From NCBI GenBank assembly GCA_963828255.1, contig CAWHDZ010000011.1, positions 192,001-256,000 of the forward strand: DNA of 64,000 nucleotides, in the 5' to 3' direction. The notes beneath the pieces are model-generated. The model was not told the origin of the DNA. It did not search any database and was given only the letters and a program-made list of their open reading frames with translations. Below, in pieces: positions 1 to 10,761 of the stretch. The position numbers and the translations under genes were made by a program. The stretch comes from an uncultured delta proteobacterium. GTDB lineage: Bacteria; Myxococcota; Myxococcia; Myxococcales; Anaeromyxobacteraceae. Positions within the stretch are counted from its first letter, which is position 1. Every line of letters starts with the position of its first letter.

Positions 1-901
1 GAGGCGGCACGTCGCCGGGCGCACGCCCCCGCATCCTGGTCGCCGAGGACGACGACGACGAGCGGGAGGCCATCGCGGCCGGGCTCGAGGGCGACTACGA
101 GGTGGCGGCGGTCTCCGACGGCAGCCAGGCGCTCGCCTCGGCCCGCCTGGGGATGCCCGACCTGGTCGTCCTCGACCTGCGGCTCCCCGGGATCGACGGC
201 CTGGCCGTGCTCGACTCGCTGCGCTCCGACCTGCTCACCGCCGAGGTCCCGGTCATCCTGCTCTCCGGCCAGGCCGACGACGCCACGCGGGTCCGCGCGC
301 TCGACCTGGGCGCCGCCGACTTCGTCCAGAAGCCCGCCTCGCTCCAGGAACTCCGGGCCCGCATCGAGCGGACGCTCCGGCTCACCCGGCGCCAGTCGCA
401 CCTCCGGGCGCTGGCCCAGACCGACGTGCTGACCGGGCTCGCCAACCTGCGCGCCTTCCGGGGCCGGCTCGACGACGAGGTCCGGCGCGCCCGCCGCTAC
501 GGGACGTCCCTGACCTGCATCATGGCCGACATGGACCACCTGAAGCCGGTCAACGACGCCTTCGGCCACGCGGCCGGCGACCGGGCCATCGCGGCGGTCG
601 CCGAGGTGCTGCGCTCACAGCTCCGCGCCACCGACATGGGGGCCCGCTACGGCGGCGACGAGTTCGTGCTGCTCCTGCCCCACACCGGCGCCGGGGACGG
701 CCGCATCCTCGCCGAGCGTCTCTGCCAGCGCCTGGCCGCCGCCGACCTCTCGGTGGGGGACCGCAAGGTCTCCTTGCGGACCTCCTTCGGGGTGGCCGAG
801 CTGGGACCGGAGGCCGGCCTCGACGACGGCGCCGATCTGGTCCGCCACGCAGACGAGGCCCTCTACGCCGCCAAGCGCTCCGGGCGCGGCAGGGTCGAGG
901 T

Positions 902-926
<25 letters not shown>
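1..926 (+). CDS. Response-regulator diguanylate cyclase (REC + GGDEF), 5' end outside window
   Basis: Frame is open from position 3 (RILVAEDDDDER...LVVLDLRLPG receiver); RYGGDEF motif preceded by an RATD I-site. Confidence 0.92.
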
Positions 927-2257
<1,331 letters not shown>

Positions 2258-2268
2258 CGGTGGTCCCG

Positions 2269-2763
2269 CTATCCCGGCTTGCCGGGCGTGACCGACCGCG
2301 CCGTCCCGGTGCCCTCGGGCTCGACGTCGGGGCGGGCCGGGACGGTGAGCTCGGTGAGCTCGATGCCCAGCCTGCTGGCGTGGTCGAAGATGCGCTCGTC
2401 CCGGTAGAACTCCCCGAAGACGATGCGCTTCGCCCCCGAGTTGGCGATGAGCTTGAAGCAGGGCCAGCAGGGCGAGGCGGTGGTGTAGATGGTGGCCCCG
2501 TCGATGGCCACCCCGTTCTTGGCGGCCTGGATGATGGCGTTGGCCTCGGCGTGCACGGTGCGCACGCAGTGGCCGTCCTCCATCATGTGCCCCTCCTCGC
2601 TGCAGTGCCCGAGCCCCCGGATGGAGCCGTTGTAGCCGGTGGAGAGCAGGGTCCGGTCCCGCACCAGGACGGCGCCGACGTGCTTGCGGTCGCAGGTGGC
2701 CCGCGTGGCCACCATGCGCGCGATGTTCATGAAGTACTCGTCCCAGCTGGCCCGCCGATCCAT
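2269..2763 (-). CDS. dCMP/cytidine deaminase family protein (ComEB-like)
   Basis: HAEANA and PCWPC zinc motifs; N-terminal SWDEYFM. Confidence 0.9.
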   Translation of the reverse strand: MDRRASWDEYFMNIARMVATRATCDRKHVGAVLVRDRTLLSTGYNGSIRGLGHCSEEGHMMEDGHCVRTVHAEANAIIQAAKNGVAIDGATIYTTASPCWPCFKLIANSGAKRIVFGEFYRDERIFDHASRLGIELTELTVPARPDVEPEGTGTARSVTPGKPG

Positions 2764-2897
2764 CCGTCTCCCCCGTTGCTTCGGCCGCGCCGGAAGGGCG
2801 CGGCAGGGCCATCATGGTAGCGCAGGACACCGCCCCCAGGGGGCGGGCCGAGGCGGAAATTCCCGGACAGGCTCCCGTGGTGTAGCCTCGGAGCACC

Positions 2898-4427
2898 GTG
2901 GGAGAGACGGCGCGCGACACCATCATCGGGATCGACCTGGGCACCAGCAACTCCTGCGCCGCAGTGGCCAGCGAGTCGGGCGAGGTCCGCCTCATCCCCT
3001 ACAAGGGCGGCGACTTCATCATCCCCTCGATCTTCGCCATCGACGACAAGGGGAACGAGCTCATCGGCCACGAGGCCAAGCGGCAGTGGCAGCTCAACCC
3101 GCGCAACACCCTCTACGCCACCAAGCGGCTCATCGGCCGCTCCCCCATGGACGACGTGGTGGAGACCGTGCAGCACTCGGTGCAGTACAAGGTGCACGCC
3201 GGGGCCCGCAACGACGTGGAGCTCGACTGCCACGGCCGGTCCTTCCAGGTCTCCGAGGTGGCCGCCCGCATCCTGGCCAAGATCCGGGACGTGGCCTCCG
3301 ACCACCTGGGCTTCCGGGTCCTGCGGGCGGTGGTGACGGTGCCCGCCTACTTCACCGACCGTCAGCGGCAGGCGGTGAAGGAGGCCGGCAAGCTGGTGGG
3401 GCTCGAGGTGGTGCGGATCATCAACGAGCCGACCTCCGCGGCGCTGGCCTACGGCCTGGGAAAGAACCTGCGCGAGCGGGTGCTGGTCTACGACCTGGGC
3501 GGCGGCACCTTCGACGTCTCCATCATCGACATCCGCGACCGGGTCTTCGAGGTCAAGGCCACCGCCGGCGACATCTTCCTGGGAGGCATCGACTTCGACA
3601 ACGCGCTCATCGCCTACGTGCTCGCCGACTTCCGGCGCAAGCACGGGGTGGACCTCTCCTCCGACCCGGTGGCCATGCAGCGCATCAAGGACCTGGCCGA
3701 GCGGACCAAGATCGACCTCTCCTCGCGCCCCGAGGCCCCCTTCTCCATCCCCTTCATCACCATGACCCCGCAGGGGCAGCCCCTCAACATCGACATGCGG
3801 GTGGACCGGGCGCTCCTCGAGCAGCTCACCGACCCGCTCCTCGACCGCAGCATGGAGATCCTGGCCCGGGTGCTCACCGACGCCGGGATGTCCACCGGGG
3901 ACATCGACAAGGTCATGCTGGTGGGCGGCCAGACCCGCATGCCGGCCATCCAGGAGCGGCTCACCGCCTTCTTCGGCCGCCCCCCGTCGAAGGGGGTCCA
4001 CCCCGACGAGGCGGTGGCCATCGGCGCGGCGCTCTACGGCTGGTCGCTGCAGGCCGGGAACGAGCAGCGGCTCCAGCTTCTCGACGTCATCCCCATGGCC
4101 ATCGGCATCGAGCAGGCCGGCGGGGGCACCCACGTGATCTTCGGGCGCAACGCCGCCATCCCCAACGCCCGCGCCATCTCGGCCACCAACTCGCGCGACG
4201 GGCAGACCGAGCTCGTGCTGCGCATCGTGCAGGGCGACCACCCCCAGGCGGCCAAGAACGAGACCCTCGGCGAGTTTACTTTTAGTGGGGTGCGGGCCGG
4301 CCGGGCCGGCGAGGCGCGGCTGGAGATCCTCTTCGAGGTGAACGTGGAGGGGATCCTCTCGGTGCACGCCCGCGACCTGGACACCGGGCGCGAGATGAAG
4401 AGCACCGTGCGGGTGACGCAGAGCTAG
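2898..4427 (+). CDS. Hsp70/DnaK-family paralogue lacking the C-terminal lid
   Basis: [34 protein letters not shown]; only 509 aa, ending after the beta-sandwich. Confidence 0.9.
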   Translation: MGETARDTIIGIDLGTSNSCAAVASESGEVRLIPYKGGDFIIPSIFAIDDKGNELIGHEAKRQWQLNPRNTLYATKRLIGRSPMDDVVETVQHSVQYKVHAGARNDVELDCHGRSFQVSEVAARILAKIRDVASDHLGFRVLRAVVTVPAYFTDRQRQAVKEAGKLVGLEVVRIINEPTSAALAYGLGKNLRERVLVYDLGGGTFDVSIIDIRDRVFEVKATAGDIFLGGIDFDNALIAYVLADFRRKHGVDLSSDPVAMQRIKDLAERTKIDLSSRPEAPFSIPFITMTPQGQPLNIDMRVDRALLEQLTDPLLDRSMEILARVLTDAGMSTGDIDKVMLVGGQTRMPAIQERLTAFFGRPPSKGVHPDEAVAIGAALYGWSLQAGNEQRLQLLDVIPMAIGIEQAGGGTHVIFGRNAAIPNARAISATNSRDGQTELVLRIVQGDHPQAAKNETLGEFTFSGVRAGRAGEARLEILFEVNVEGILSVHARDLDTGREMKSTVRVTQS

Positions 4428-5708
4428 CTACGCCGACTTCTTCTCCTTCTCGAAGGAGAGCAGCGGCGGCTCGCGGCGCAGGATCACACCATCGGTGATC
4501 TTGCACTCCTTCACGCCCTCCCGGTACGGCACGTCGTACATGATGTCGAGCATCGACTGCTCGAGGATCGACCGGAGTCCACGCGCGCCGGACTTGCGGC
4601 GCATGGCCTCGCGGGCGGTGGCCCGCAGCGACTCCTTGGTGAAGGACAGCTTCACCTTCTCGAGCTCGAAGAGCTTCTGGTACTGCTTCACCAGCGCGTT
4701 GCGCGGCTGGGTGAGGATGGTGACGAGGTCGTCCTCGGTGAGCTCGGAGAGCGTGGCGATGATGGGGATTCGCCCCACGAACTCCGGGATCATCCCGAAC
4801 TTCACCAGATCCTGCGGCTCGATGCGGGAGAGCAGTTCCCCGAGCGAGGCCTCTTCCCGCGCCTCGATCTTGGCCCCGAACCCCAGCCCCTTCACGCCCA
4901 CCCTCCGGCGGATGGCCTGCTCGATGCCGCAGAAGGCGCCGCCCACGATGAAGAGGATGTTGGAGGTGTCGACCTGGATCGACTCCTGCTGGTTGTACTT
5001 CTTGCCCCCGCGGGGCGTCACGTTGGCGCGGGTCCCCTCGACCACCTTGAGGAGCGCCTGCTGGACGCCCTCCCCGCCCACGTCGCGGGTGGCGGACGGT
5101 GAATCTCCCTTGCGGGCGATCTTGTCGATCTCGTCGATGTAGACGATGCCGCGCGAGGCCTTCTCCACGTCGTAGTCGGCGTTGTGGAGCAGGTTCTGGA
5201 TGATGTTCTCGACGTCCTCGCCCACGTAGCCGGCCTCGGTGAGGCTGGTGGCGTCGGCGATGGTGAAGGGGACGTTGAGGAAGCGGGCCAGCGACTGGGC
5301 CAGCAGGGTCTTGCCGGCGCCGGTGGGGCCGATGAGCAGGATGTTCGACTTCTGGAGTTCGACCTCGTCGCCGGCGCGTCCGGGCACGGGGCGCTGGGCC
5401 CGGGGCGCGCGCCGCGCGTGGATGCGCTTGTAGTGGTTGTAGACGGCCACCGCGAGCACCTTCTTGGCGCGGTCCTGGCCGACCACGTAATCGTCGAGGA
5501 AGGCCTTCACCTCGGCGGGCGTGGGGAGCGAGACCGGGGGGCGGCCGTCCTCGCGCTCCCCCTCCTCGGCGATGATGTCGTTGCAGAGCCGGATGCACTC
5601 GTCGCAGATGTAGACCGTGGGGCCGGCGATGAGCTTGCGGACGTCCCGCTGCCCCTTCCCGCAGAAGGAGCAGCTCAAGCTTCCGTGATGTGGGTCTTTC
5701 CGGCTCAA
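4428..5708 (-). CDS. clpX: ATP-dependent Clp protease ATP-binding subunit
   Basis: CSFC...ICDEC zinc finger, [34 protein letters not shown] loop. Confidence 0.96.
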   Translation of the reverse strand: MSRKDPHHGSLSCSFCGKGQRDVRKLIAGPTVYICDECIRLCNDIIAEEGEREDGRPPVSLPTPAEVKAFLDDYVVGQDRAKKVLAVAVYNHYKRIHARRAPRAQRPVPGRAGDEVELQKSNILLIGPTGAGKTLLAQSLARFLNVPFTIADATSLTEAGYVGEDVENIIQNLLHNADYDVEKASRGIVYIDEIDKIARKGDSPSATRDVGGEGVQQALLKVVEGTRANVTPRGGKKYNQQESIQVDTSNILFIVGGAFCGIEQAIRRRVGVKGLGFGAKIEAREEASLGELLSRIEPQDLVKFGMIPEFVGRIPIIATLSELTEDDLVTILTQPRNALVKQYQKLFELEKVKLSFTKESLRATAREAMRRKSGARGLRSILEQSMLDIMYDVPYREGVKECKITDGVILRREPPLLSFEKEKKSA

Positions 5709-5842
5709 TCTGCCCTCTCGCGCGATGCTCTCCCGATGCTACACCAGAGACGCGGGCTCCCCAAGGATCCCCGCGCCGGGAAATCCTAATCGGCGTCCGG
5801 ACCCTGCGCCGCATGACGCTCCGGCGCGGGGGGCGGGCCTCT

Positions 5843-6445
5843 TCAGTCCCCGGCCAGCCGGTCGAGCGCGTCGGCCAGGTCCCGGGCCGCCCTCCGCACG
5901 GGCGTGGGCACCTGCCGCTCCCCCTCGCAGGCCTCGGCGAGCCGCCTGGCCAGGCCGGCGATGCGGGCCACCCGCTCCCCGGCGCCGGGCTGGGGCGGCT
6001 TCGGAGGCGGACCGAATCGCTCGGCGATCTTCCGGCTCACCTCTGCCTTGCCCGCCTCGCCGTCGAGCACTCCGTCCCGCATCTCCCCCCAGGCCGCTCC
6101 GTCCATGCGCCCGGCAGCCTCGGCGCGCGAGAGCACCTCGATCACCTCGAAGGGGGGCGCCGAGCGCAGTTCCCGGGACCGCGCCATCTCCGGTTCGTGC
6201 TTCTCGAGAAACCCGTAGGACATGGCCAGCTTCTCGGCGGTCGCCCGCCGCAGGAAGAGCTCCTTCGTGCAGTAGTCCTCGAAGCTCGACCAGCCCCACT
6301 CCCGCCAGGCCTCCTCGCGCCGGACCTGGGCGAGCATGCGTCCCAGGTCCACCCAGGAGGCCTTGAAGCGACGCGCGCTCTCGAGCACCTTCCGGCGCAG
6401 CGAGCCCTCCGGGAGCTCGCCGATGCGGGCGTCAAGCTTCGTCAC
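5843..6445 (-). CDS. Hypothetical helical protein
   Basis: Protein-like composition from the GTG at 6445 (ARRFKASWVDLGRML...WGWSSFEDYCTKELFLRRATAEKL). Confidence 0.7.
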   Translation of the reverse strand: MTKLDARIGELPEGSLRRKVLESARRFKASWVDLGRMLAQVRREEAWREWGWSSFEDYCTKELFLRRATAEKLAMSYGFLEKHEPEMARSRELRSAPPFEVIEVLSRAEAAGRMDGAAWGEMRDGVLDGEAGKAEVSRKIAERFGPPPKPPQPGAGERVARIAGLARRLAEACEGERQVPTPVRRAARDLADALDRLAGD

Positions 6446-6532
6446 GGCTCCGGTCCCCACGCTCGAAAGGCCTCCTCGCTCCCGCCGGGGCGCGATGGCG
6501 CCGGCCGCGCGGGCGTGCGAACGTAGCACGGC

Positions 6533-7321
6533 GTGGAGAAGCGACGGTATGCGATGCGGATCGCCTACGACGGGGGCGCGTTCCGGGGATTCCAGCGCCA
6601 GCCGGGGCTCCCCACCGTGGAGGAGACCCTCCTCCGGGCGCTCGCCCCTCTCGGGCTCGATCCCCGCCTCGAGGTCGCCGCCCGCACCGACGCCGGGGTC
6701 CACGCCCTGGCGCAGGTGGTGAGCTTCGCCGCCCGCGCCGACGTGGACCCTGAGGTGCTGCGCGCCACCGTGAACCGGGAGACGCCGCCGTCGATCGCCT
6801 GCCTGGCTGCCTGGCGGACCTCGCCGTCGTTCCACGCCCGGGCCAGCGCCACGTCGAGAACCTACGTCTACGTGGTCGGGTCGCCGCCCCCGGAGGGGTT
6901 CGAGGGGCGGGCCTGGGCGCTGCCGGACGAGCGGGCGTTCCCGGGGATCCCGTCCCGTGACCTGGATCTTGCGTCGATGGCTGACGCCATCGCAGCCGCC
7001 GTGGGCGAGCACGACTTCGCCGGATTCGCGCGGCCGGGCGAGCAGCGTGGCTCGGTGAGGACGCTGCTCCGCGCCGAGGTCGCGCGCGCCTCCTGGGCGC
7101 CGCTCTGGACCTTCACCCTCGAGGGCCGGGGATTCCTCCGGGCCCAGGTGCGCCACCTGGTCGGCACGGCCGTCGCCGTCGGACTCGGCCTCTCCCCGGT
7201 CTCCCGGATCGCGGAGATCCTCCGGGACCGGGAGCGATATCGGGGAGTCCGGGCTCCGGCCTGGGGGCTCACCCTGATCGGCGTGAGCTACCCCCCGGGA
7301 GACTCACCCCCATCAGGGTGA
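6533..7321 (+). CDS. truA: tRNA pseudouridine(38-40) synthase
   Basis: IAYDGGAFRGFQRQ, RTDAGVHA, FHAR, GEHDF, FLRAQVR. Confidence 0.92.
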   Translation: MEKRRYAMRIAYDGGAFRGFQRQPGLPTVEETLLRALAPLGLDPRLEVAARTDAGVHALAQVVSFAARADVDPEVLRATVNRETPPSIACLAAWRTSPSFHARASATSRTYVYVVGSPPPEGFEGRAWALPDERAFPGIPSRDLDLASMADAIAAAVGEHDFAGFARPGEQRGSVRTLLRAEVARASWAPLWTFTLEGRGFLRAQVRHLVGTAVAVGLGLSPVSRIAEILRDRERYRGVRAPAWGLTLIGVSYPPGDSPPSG

Positions 7322-7546
7322 GGTGGCGACGTCGTTCCCGACCTCGTTGTCGCCGTACTTCATGAGCAGGTCGGAGACCGCCTCGCGGAGGTAGTCCGAC
7401 TGGCGGATCCGCGTCGCCCGTGCCAGGCGGCGAAGCCTGGCGGCCAGCTCGGGCGGGAGCCGGACGAGCATCGGCTCGAGGCGGGTGGCGGAGCCCCCCA
7501 TGAGGGGCATCTGGTGAATCGTCCGGGGGATCTCGATGGGTCGCAT
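7313..7546 (-). CDS. Ribbon-helix-helix DNA-binding protein
   Basis: MLVRLPPELAARLRRLARATRIRQSDYLREAVSDLL fits the RHH pattern; GGGAGG RBS upstream. Confidence 0.8.
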   Translation of the reverse strand: MRPIEIPRTIHQMPLMGGSATRLEPMLVRLPPELAARLRRLARATRIRQSDYLREAVSDLLMKYGDNEVGNDVATSP

Positions 7547-7582
7547 GTAGGTTCTTGCCTCCCTGTGACTACGTTTGCCTAC

Positions 7583-7610
7583 ACGCTACCACCCGATAGC
7601 CTGAAGTCAA
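7583..7610 (-). promoter_or_regulatory. Putative sigma70 promoter of the RHH gene
   Basis: TTGACT-16 nt-TAGCGT with a TG extension, in an AT-rich intergenic region. Confidence 0.5.
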
Positions 7611-7637
7611 AAAATCCCCAATTGACAATTTCTGGAA

Positions 7638-8495
7638 TCAGGGAGAGGTGGGCGGGGAGCCGCCGTCCACCTCGTTCAGCCGCCCCGACCGGAACGGCTC
7701 GAGGTCCAGCGCGGCCAGCGCGAAGCCGGCCCTCCGCACGGCGAGCGCCACCCCGGCGCGGCAAGCGAAGGCCCGATCCATCTCCTCCGCCGCGATCTCC
7801 ACCCTCCCGATGAGTCCGTGATCGCGCACGCGGAACTGCCGGAGACCGAGCGCGCGCACGCCCGCCTCGGCCGCCTCGATGCGGGCCAGCCGCTCGGGGG
7901 TCACGGGGGTACCGTGCGGGATGCGCGAGGCCAGGCAGGCCATCTGCGGCTTGTCCCAGGTGGGCAGCCCGTAGGCCTCGCTCCAGGCCCGGACCTCGTC
8001 CTTGGTGAGCCCCGCGTCGGCGAGCGGCGAGATCACCCGGTGCTCGCCCGCGGCCCGCTGTCCCGGGCGGTGGTCGCCCCGGTCGTCGGCGTTGAAGCCG
8101 TCGAGCACGGCGACGAGCCCGAGCCGCGCGCAGGACTCTTCGCAGATCCGGTAGAGCTCGCTCTTGCAGAAGTAGCAGCGCTCCGGGGTGTTCTCCCGGT
8201 AGCGCGGGTCGTCCACCTCGCGGCTCTCGACCTCGATGTGGCGCGCGCCGATCCGCCTGGCCAGCGCCCGGGCCTCCTCGCGCTCCGCGCCGGGCACGCT
8301 GGGCGAATGGGCGGTGAGCCCGACGGCCCGGTCGCCCAGGACCTCGCGGGCCACGGCGAGCACCAGCGTGGAGTCCACCCCGCCCGAGAACGCGACCAGC
8401 ACGCCCCCGACGGCGCGCACGGCGTCTCGCATCCCGTCGAAGCGTCCACGGGACCGGTCGCGCAACCGCGCCCGGTCCTCCTGCGTTGCGGTCAT
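7638..8495 (-). CDS. larE: LarE-family ATP-dependent sulfur transferase (CxxC...C type)
   Basis: PP-loop AFSGGVDST, RCYFCK, ACLASRIPHG, FRSGRLN. Confidence 0.88.
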   Translation of the reverse strand: MTATQEDRARLRDRSRGRFDGMRDAVRAVGGVLVAFSGGVDSTLVLAVAREVLGDRAVGLTAHSPSVPGAEREEARALARRIGARHIEVESREVDDPRYRENTPERCYFCKSELYRICEESCARLGLVAVLDGFNADDRGDHRPGQRAAGEHRVISPLADAGLTKDEVRAWSEAYGLPTWDKPQMACLASRIPHGTPVTPERLARIEAAEAGVRALGLRQFRVRDHGLIGRVEIAAEEMDRAFACRAGVALAVRRAGFALAALDLEPFRSGRLNEVDGGSPPTSP

Positions 8496-8504
8496 GCGCG
8501 GATC

Positions 8505-9233
8505 CTACCCGCGCCGCCCCTTCGCCGCCTTCTTCACCTTGGCGGGCGCCGCCGCGGGCTTCTTCGCCGGCTTGGCCGCCTTCGCCGGCTTGGCCGCCTT
8601 GGCCGCCTTCGCCTTGGGCGGGGGGACGGCCTTCGGGGGCTTGGCTCCGCCCTTGCGCGGGCGCAGCCCTCCGGTGAGCAACGCGAACTCGGCGGGGGTG
8701 ACGTACTTCATGTCCACGAGCTTCTGGAAGAGCCGCCCGAGGGCCGCGTCGGGCTTCTCCTGGTCGGTCCGGACGACCAGCTCGGCGTGGACCGGAGGCT
8801 CGTACGGGTCGTCGATCCCGGCCACGTTGGTGATCTCGTGCGCGAGCGCCTTGCGGTACATGCCCTCGGTGTCGCGGGCGATGAGCGTGTCCATGGGCGC
8901 GTCGACGAAGACCTCGACGAAGCGGCGCACCTCCTTGCGCACCGTGTCGCGGGCCTCGCGGAAGGGGGAGAGCGACGCCACCACCACCACGGCGCCGTGC
9001 CGGACCAGCATGCGGGAGATGGTGCCGAAACGTCGGACCGCGGTGTCACGGTCCTCCTTGGTCACGCCCAGGCCGCGGGTGAAGAGCTCGTTCGGCGCGT
9101 CGCCGTCCATCACCTCGGCTGGCCGGCCGGCCGCGACGAAGCGCTTCGAGAGCTGGAGGGCGAGCGTGGACTTGCCCGCTCCCGCCATGCCCGTGAGCCA
9201 GATGACGAACCCCGTCCCGTGCTGCTGATCCAT
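8505..9233 (-). CDS. cysC: Adenylyl-sulfate kinase with Lys/Ala/Pro-rich tail
   Basis: WLTGMAGAGKST, DGD, LSPFREAR, GIDDPYEPP. Confidence 0.88.
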   Translation of the reverse strand: MDQQHGTGFVIWLTGMAGAGKSTLALQLSKRFVAAGRPAEVMDGDAPNELFTRGLGVTKEDRDTAVRRFGTISRMLVRHGAVVVVASLSPFREARDTVRKEVRRFVEVFVDAPMDTLIARDTEGMYRKALAHEITNVAGIDDPYEPPVHAELVVRTDQEKPDAALGRLFQKLVDMKYVTPAEFALLTGGLRPRKGGAKPPKAVPPPKAKAAKAAKPAKAAKPAKKPAAAPAKVKKAAKGRRG

Positions 9234-9358
9234 GCTCCCTCCCAGGTTCACTCGGCGCGAATGGCGCAATATACCGGAAGCCCGCGGAAAATGCGTCGGC
9301 TCCGATGGGGGCGATTTCGCTCTGGGTGCGCCCCGCTCGACGCGCCATGCCGGCGGGG

Positions 9359-9769
9359 TCAGAGGTCGGCGACCGGCGAGAAGCCCGAATCAGTCCACCT
9401 AAATACCCGTACTTCCATCACTTTACCTGCATCGAGGCCGAGCACGATCTGATCGGCCCCGGGCAGCGCCGGGCCGTTCCCCACGACCGCGCCGGCGAGA
9501 TCCGAGGCCGAGAGCCGCGCCGGACCGTCCACGTGCGAGTGGAAGACGGCCGCGATCCGCCCGCCCTCCCTGCGGAGACGCCGGGAAAGGGCGAGGTGCG
9601 CGGCGGGATCGGCCTCGAAGGCCTGCCCACCCTCCCGGGCCACGTTCCGGACCGGGACCACCTCGAGCTTCCCGGAGGCTCCCTCCACGACGAAGCCGCA
9701 GACCTCGCTCCGCGGGTCGGCCTCGGCCAGGGAGGAGAGCCGGGTGGCGACGGGCGAATAGTCGGTCAC
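9359..9769 (-). CDS. JAB/MPN+ (M67) metalloprotease
   Basis: JAMM motif: EVCG...HSH-x7-S-x2-D (HSHVDGPARLSASD). Confidence 0.9.
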   Translation of the reverse strand: MTDYSPVATRLSSLAEADPRSEVCGFVVEGASGKLEVVPVRNVAREGGQAFEADPAAHLALSRRLRREGGRIAAVFHSHVDGPARLSASDLAGAVVGNGPALPGADQIVLGLDAGKVMEVRVFRWTDSGFSPVADL

Positions 9770-9793
9770 GCTGGGGCCCGGCCCGGGACGCCG

Positions 9794-10495
9794 TCAGGGG
9801 GCGAGGCCGGCGGCGAGCGGCCCGGCGCAGGCGCAGCCCGGCTGCCGCGCCGTGGCCCGCACGAGGGGCGTGCCCCGGAAGACCTCGATGCGGCGCGCCC
9901 GCGGCTCCTGCGACGCCCCTGTGAGGAGGAGGATCAGCTCCAGCGCGGCGAGGGACCCCATCGTCGCCCCTCCCTCGGCGGTGGGTGCGCCCCCCAGCCC
10001 GGGCCTGGTGGCGCAGGAGTAGCAGGGCGACCCGACCGGCACCGACGTCACCGCGCCGCCCTGCCCGTCCACGTCGGCCACCACGTGCGGGAGCTGGAGC
10101 AGTCGCGCCTCGTCGGCGATGGCCCGGGAGACGTCGGGCGACGAGCCGCAGACGAGGAGCGCCGTGGGGCGCGACCCGGGGCGGAAGAGGTCGGCGGTGA
10201 CGAGGCCGCTGGCCCAGCGGGCGAACCCGGCCAGCGCCGCGCCCCGTGGACGCCCGAGGTCGTCCGGTCCGAGCGCGAAGCCCGCGCCGGCCTCCGGCTT
10301 CACCTCGTCGGGGTCGTCGAACCAGAGCGTCCCGACCCCCGCCGCGGCCAGGTAGTAGGTGGCCGGCGCCACCGCGAGCCCCCCGCCGGTCACGCGGATG
10401 CGGGCCTCGCGCAGCGCCTCCTGCGCCGCCTCTCCCATTCCCGGGAGCAGGAGCTGCCTCGCGTAGCGCGCCACCTCCGCATCGGTCAGGGCCAT
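9794..10495 (-). CDS. ThiF/MoeB-family protein with degenerate ATP site
   Basis: N-terminal ARYARQ, LAAAGVG and CYSC...CAC are present; GxGxxG, SNLxRQ and DxxD are absent. Confidence 0.85.
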   Translation of the reverse strand: MALTDAEVARYARQLLLPGMGEAAQEALREARIRVTGGGLAVAPATYYLAAAGVGTLWFDDPDEVKPEAGAGFALGPDDLGRPRGAALAGFARWASGLVTADLFRPGSRPTALLVCGSSPDVSRAIADEARLLQLPHVVADVDGQGGAVTSVPVGSPCYSCATRPGLGGAPTAEGGATMGSLAALELILLLTGASQEPRARRIEVFRGTPLVRATARQPGCACAGPLAAGLAP

Positions 10496-10761
10496 GTCCG
10501 TGCCTCCGCCGGAGCTCCGCGCTCGAGCCACACCCGCCACGTTCCACTTCCCTCCTCGGGCGCCGCCTCGAGCCGGACCACCCGGTGGCCGTCCTCCTCG
10601 GCGCTGCGCGGGACGTTCTCGCGCGGCTCCCCGTCGCGGAGCAGGACCTCGAGGACCTCCCCCTCGGCGATGCGCGAGAGGGCGATGCGGGCCTTCACCC
10701 AGGTGACCGGGCAGGTGTGGGCCCGGACGTCGAGGCGCGCCGAGGGGACCCGGGCGCTCAT
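10486..10761 (-). CDS. TusA/SirA-family sulfur carrier
   Basis: LDVRAHTCPVTWVKARIAL...GEVLEVL; ATGA overlap with the upstream gene. Confidence 0.88.
   Translation of the reverse strand: MSARVPSARLDVRAHTCPVTWVKARIALSRIAEGEVLEVLLRDGEPRENVPRSAEEDGHRVVRLEAAPEEGSGTWRVWLERGAPAEARTWP

Noticed and set aside
8520..8640. Tandem 18-nt-like repeats as a possible CRISPR or VNTR
   Set aside because: They encode the KAAKPA tail; there are no unique spacers and no cas genes in the window.
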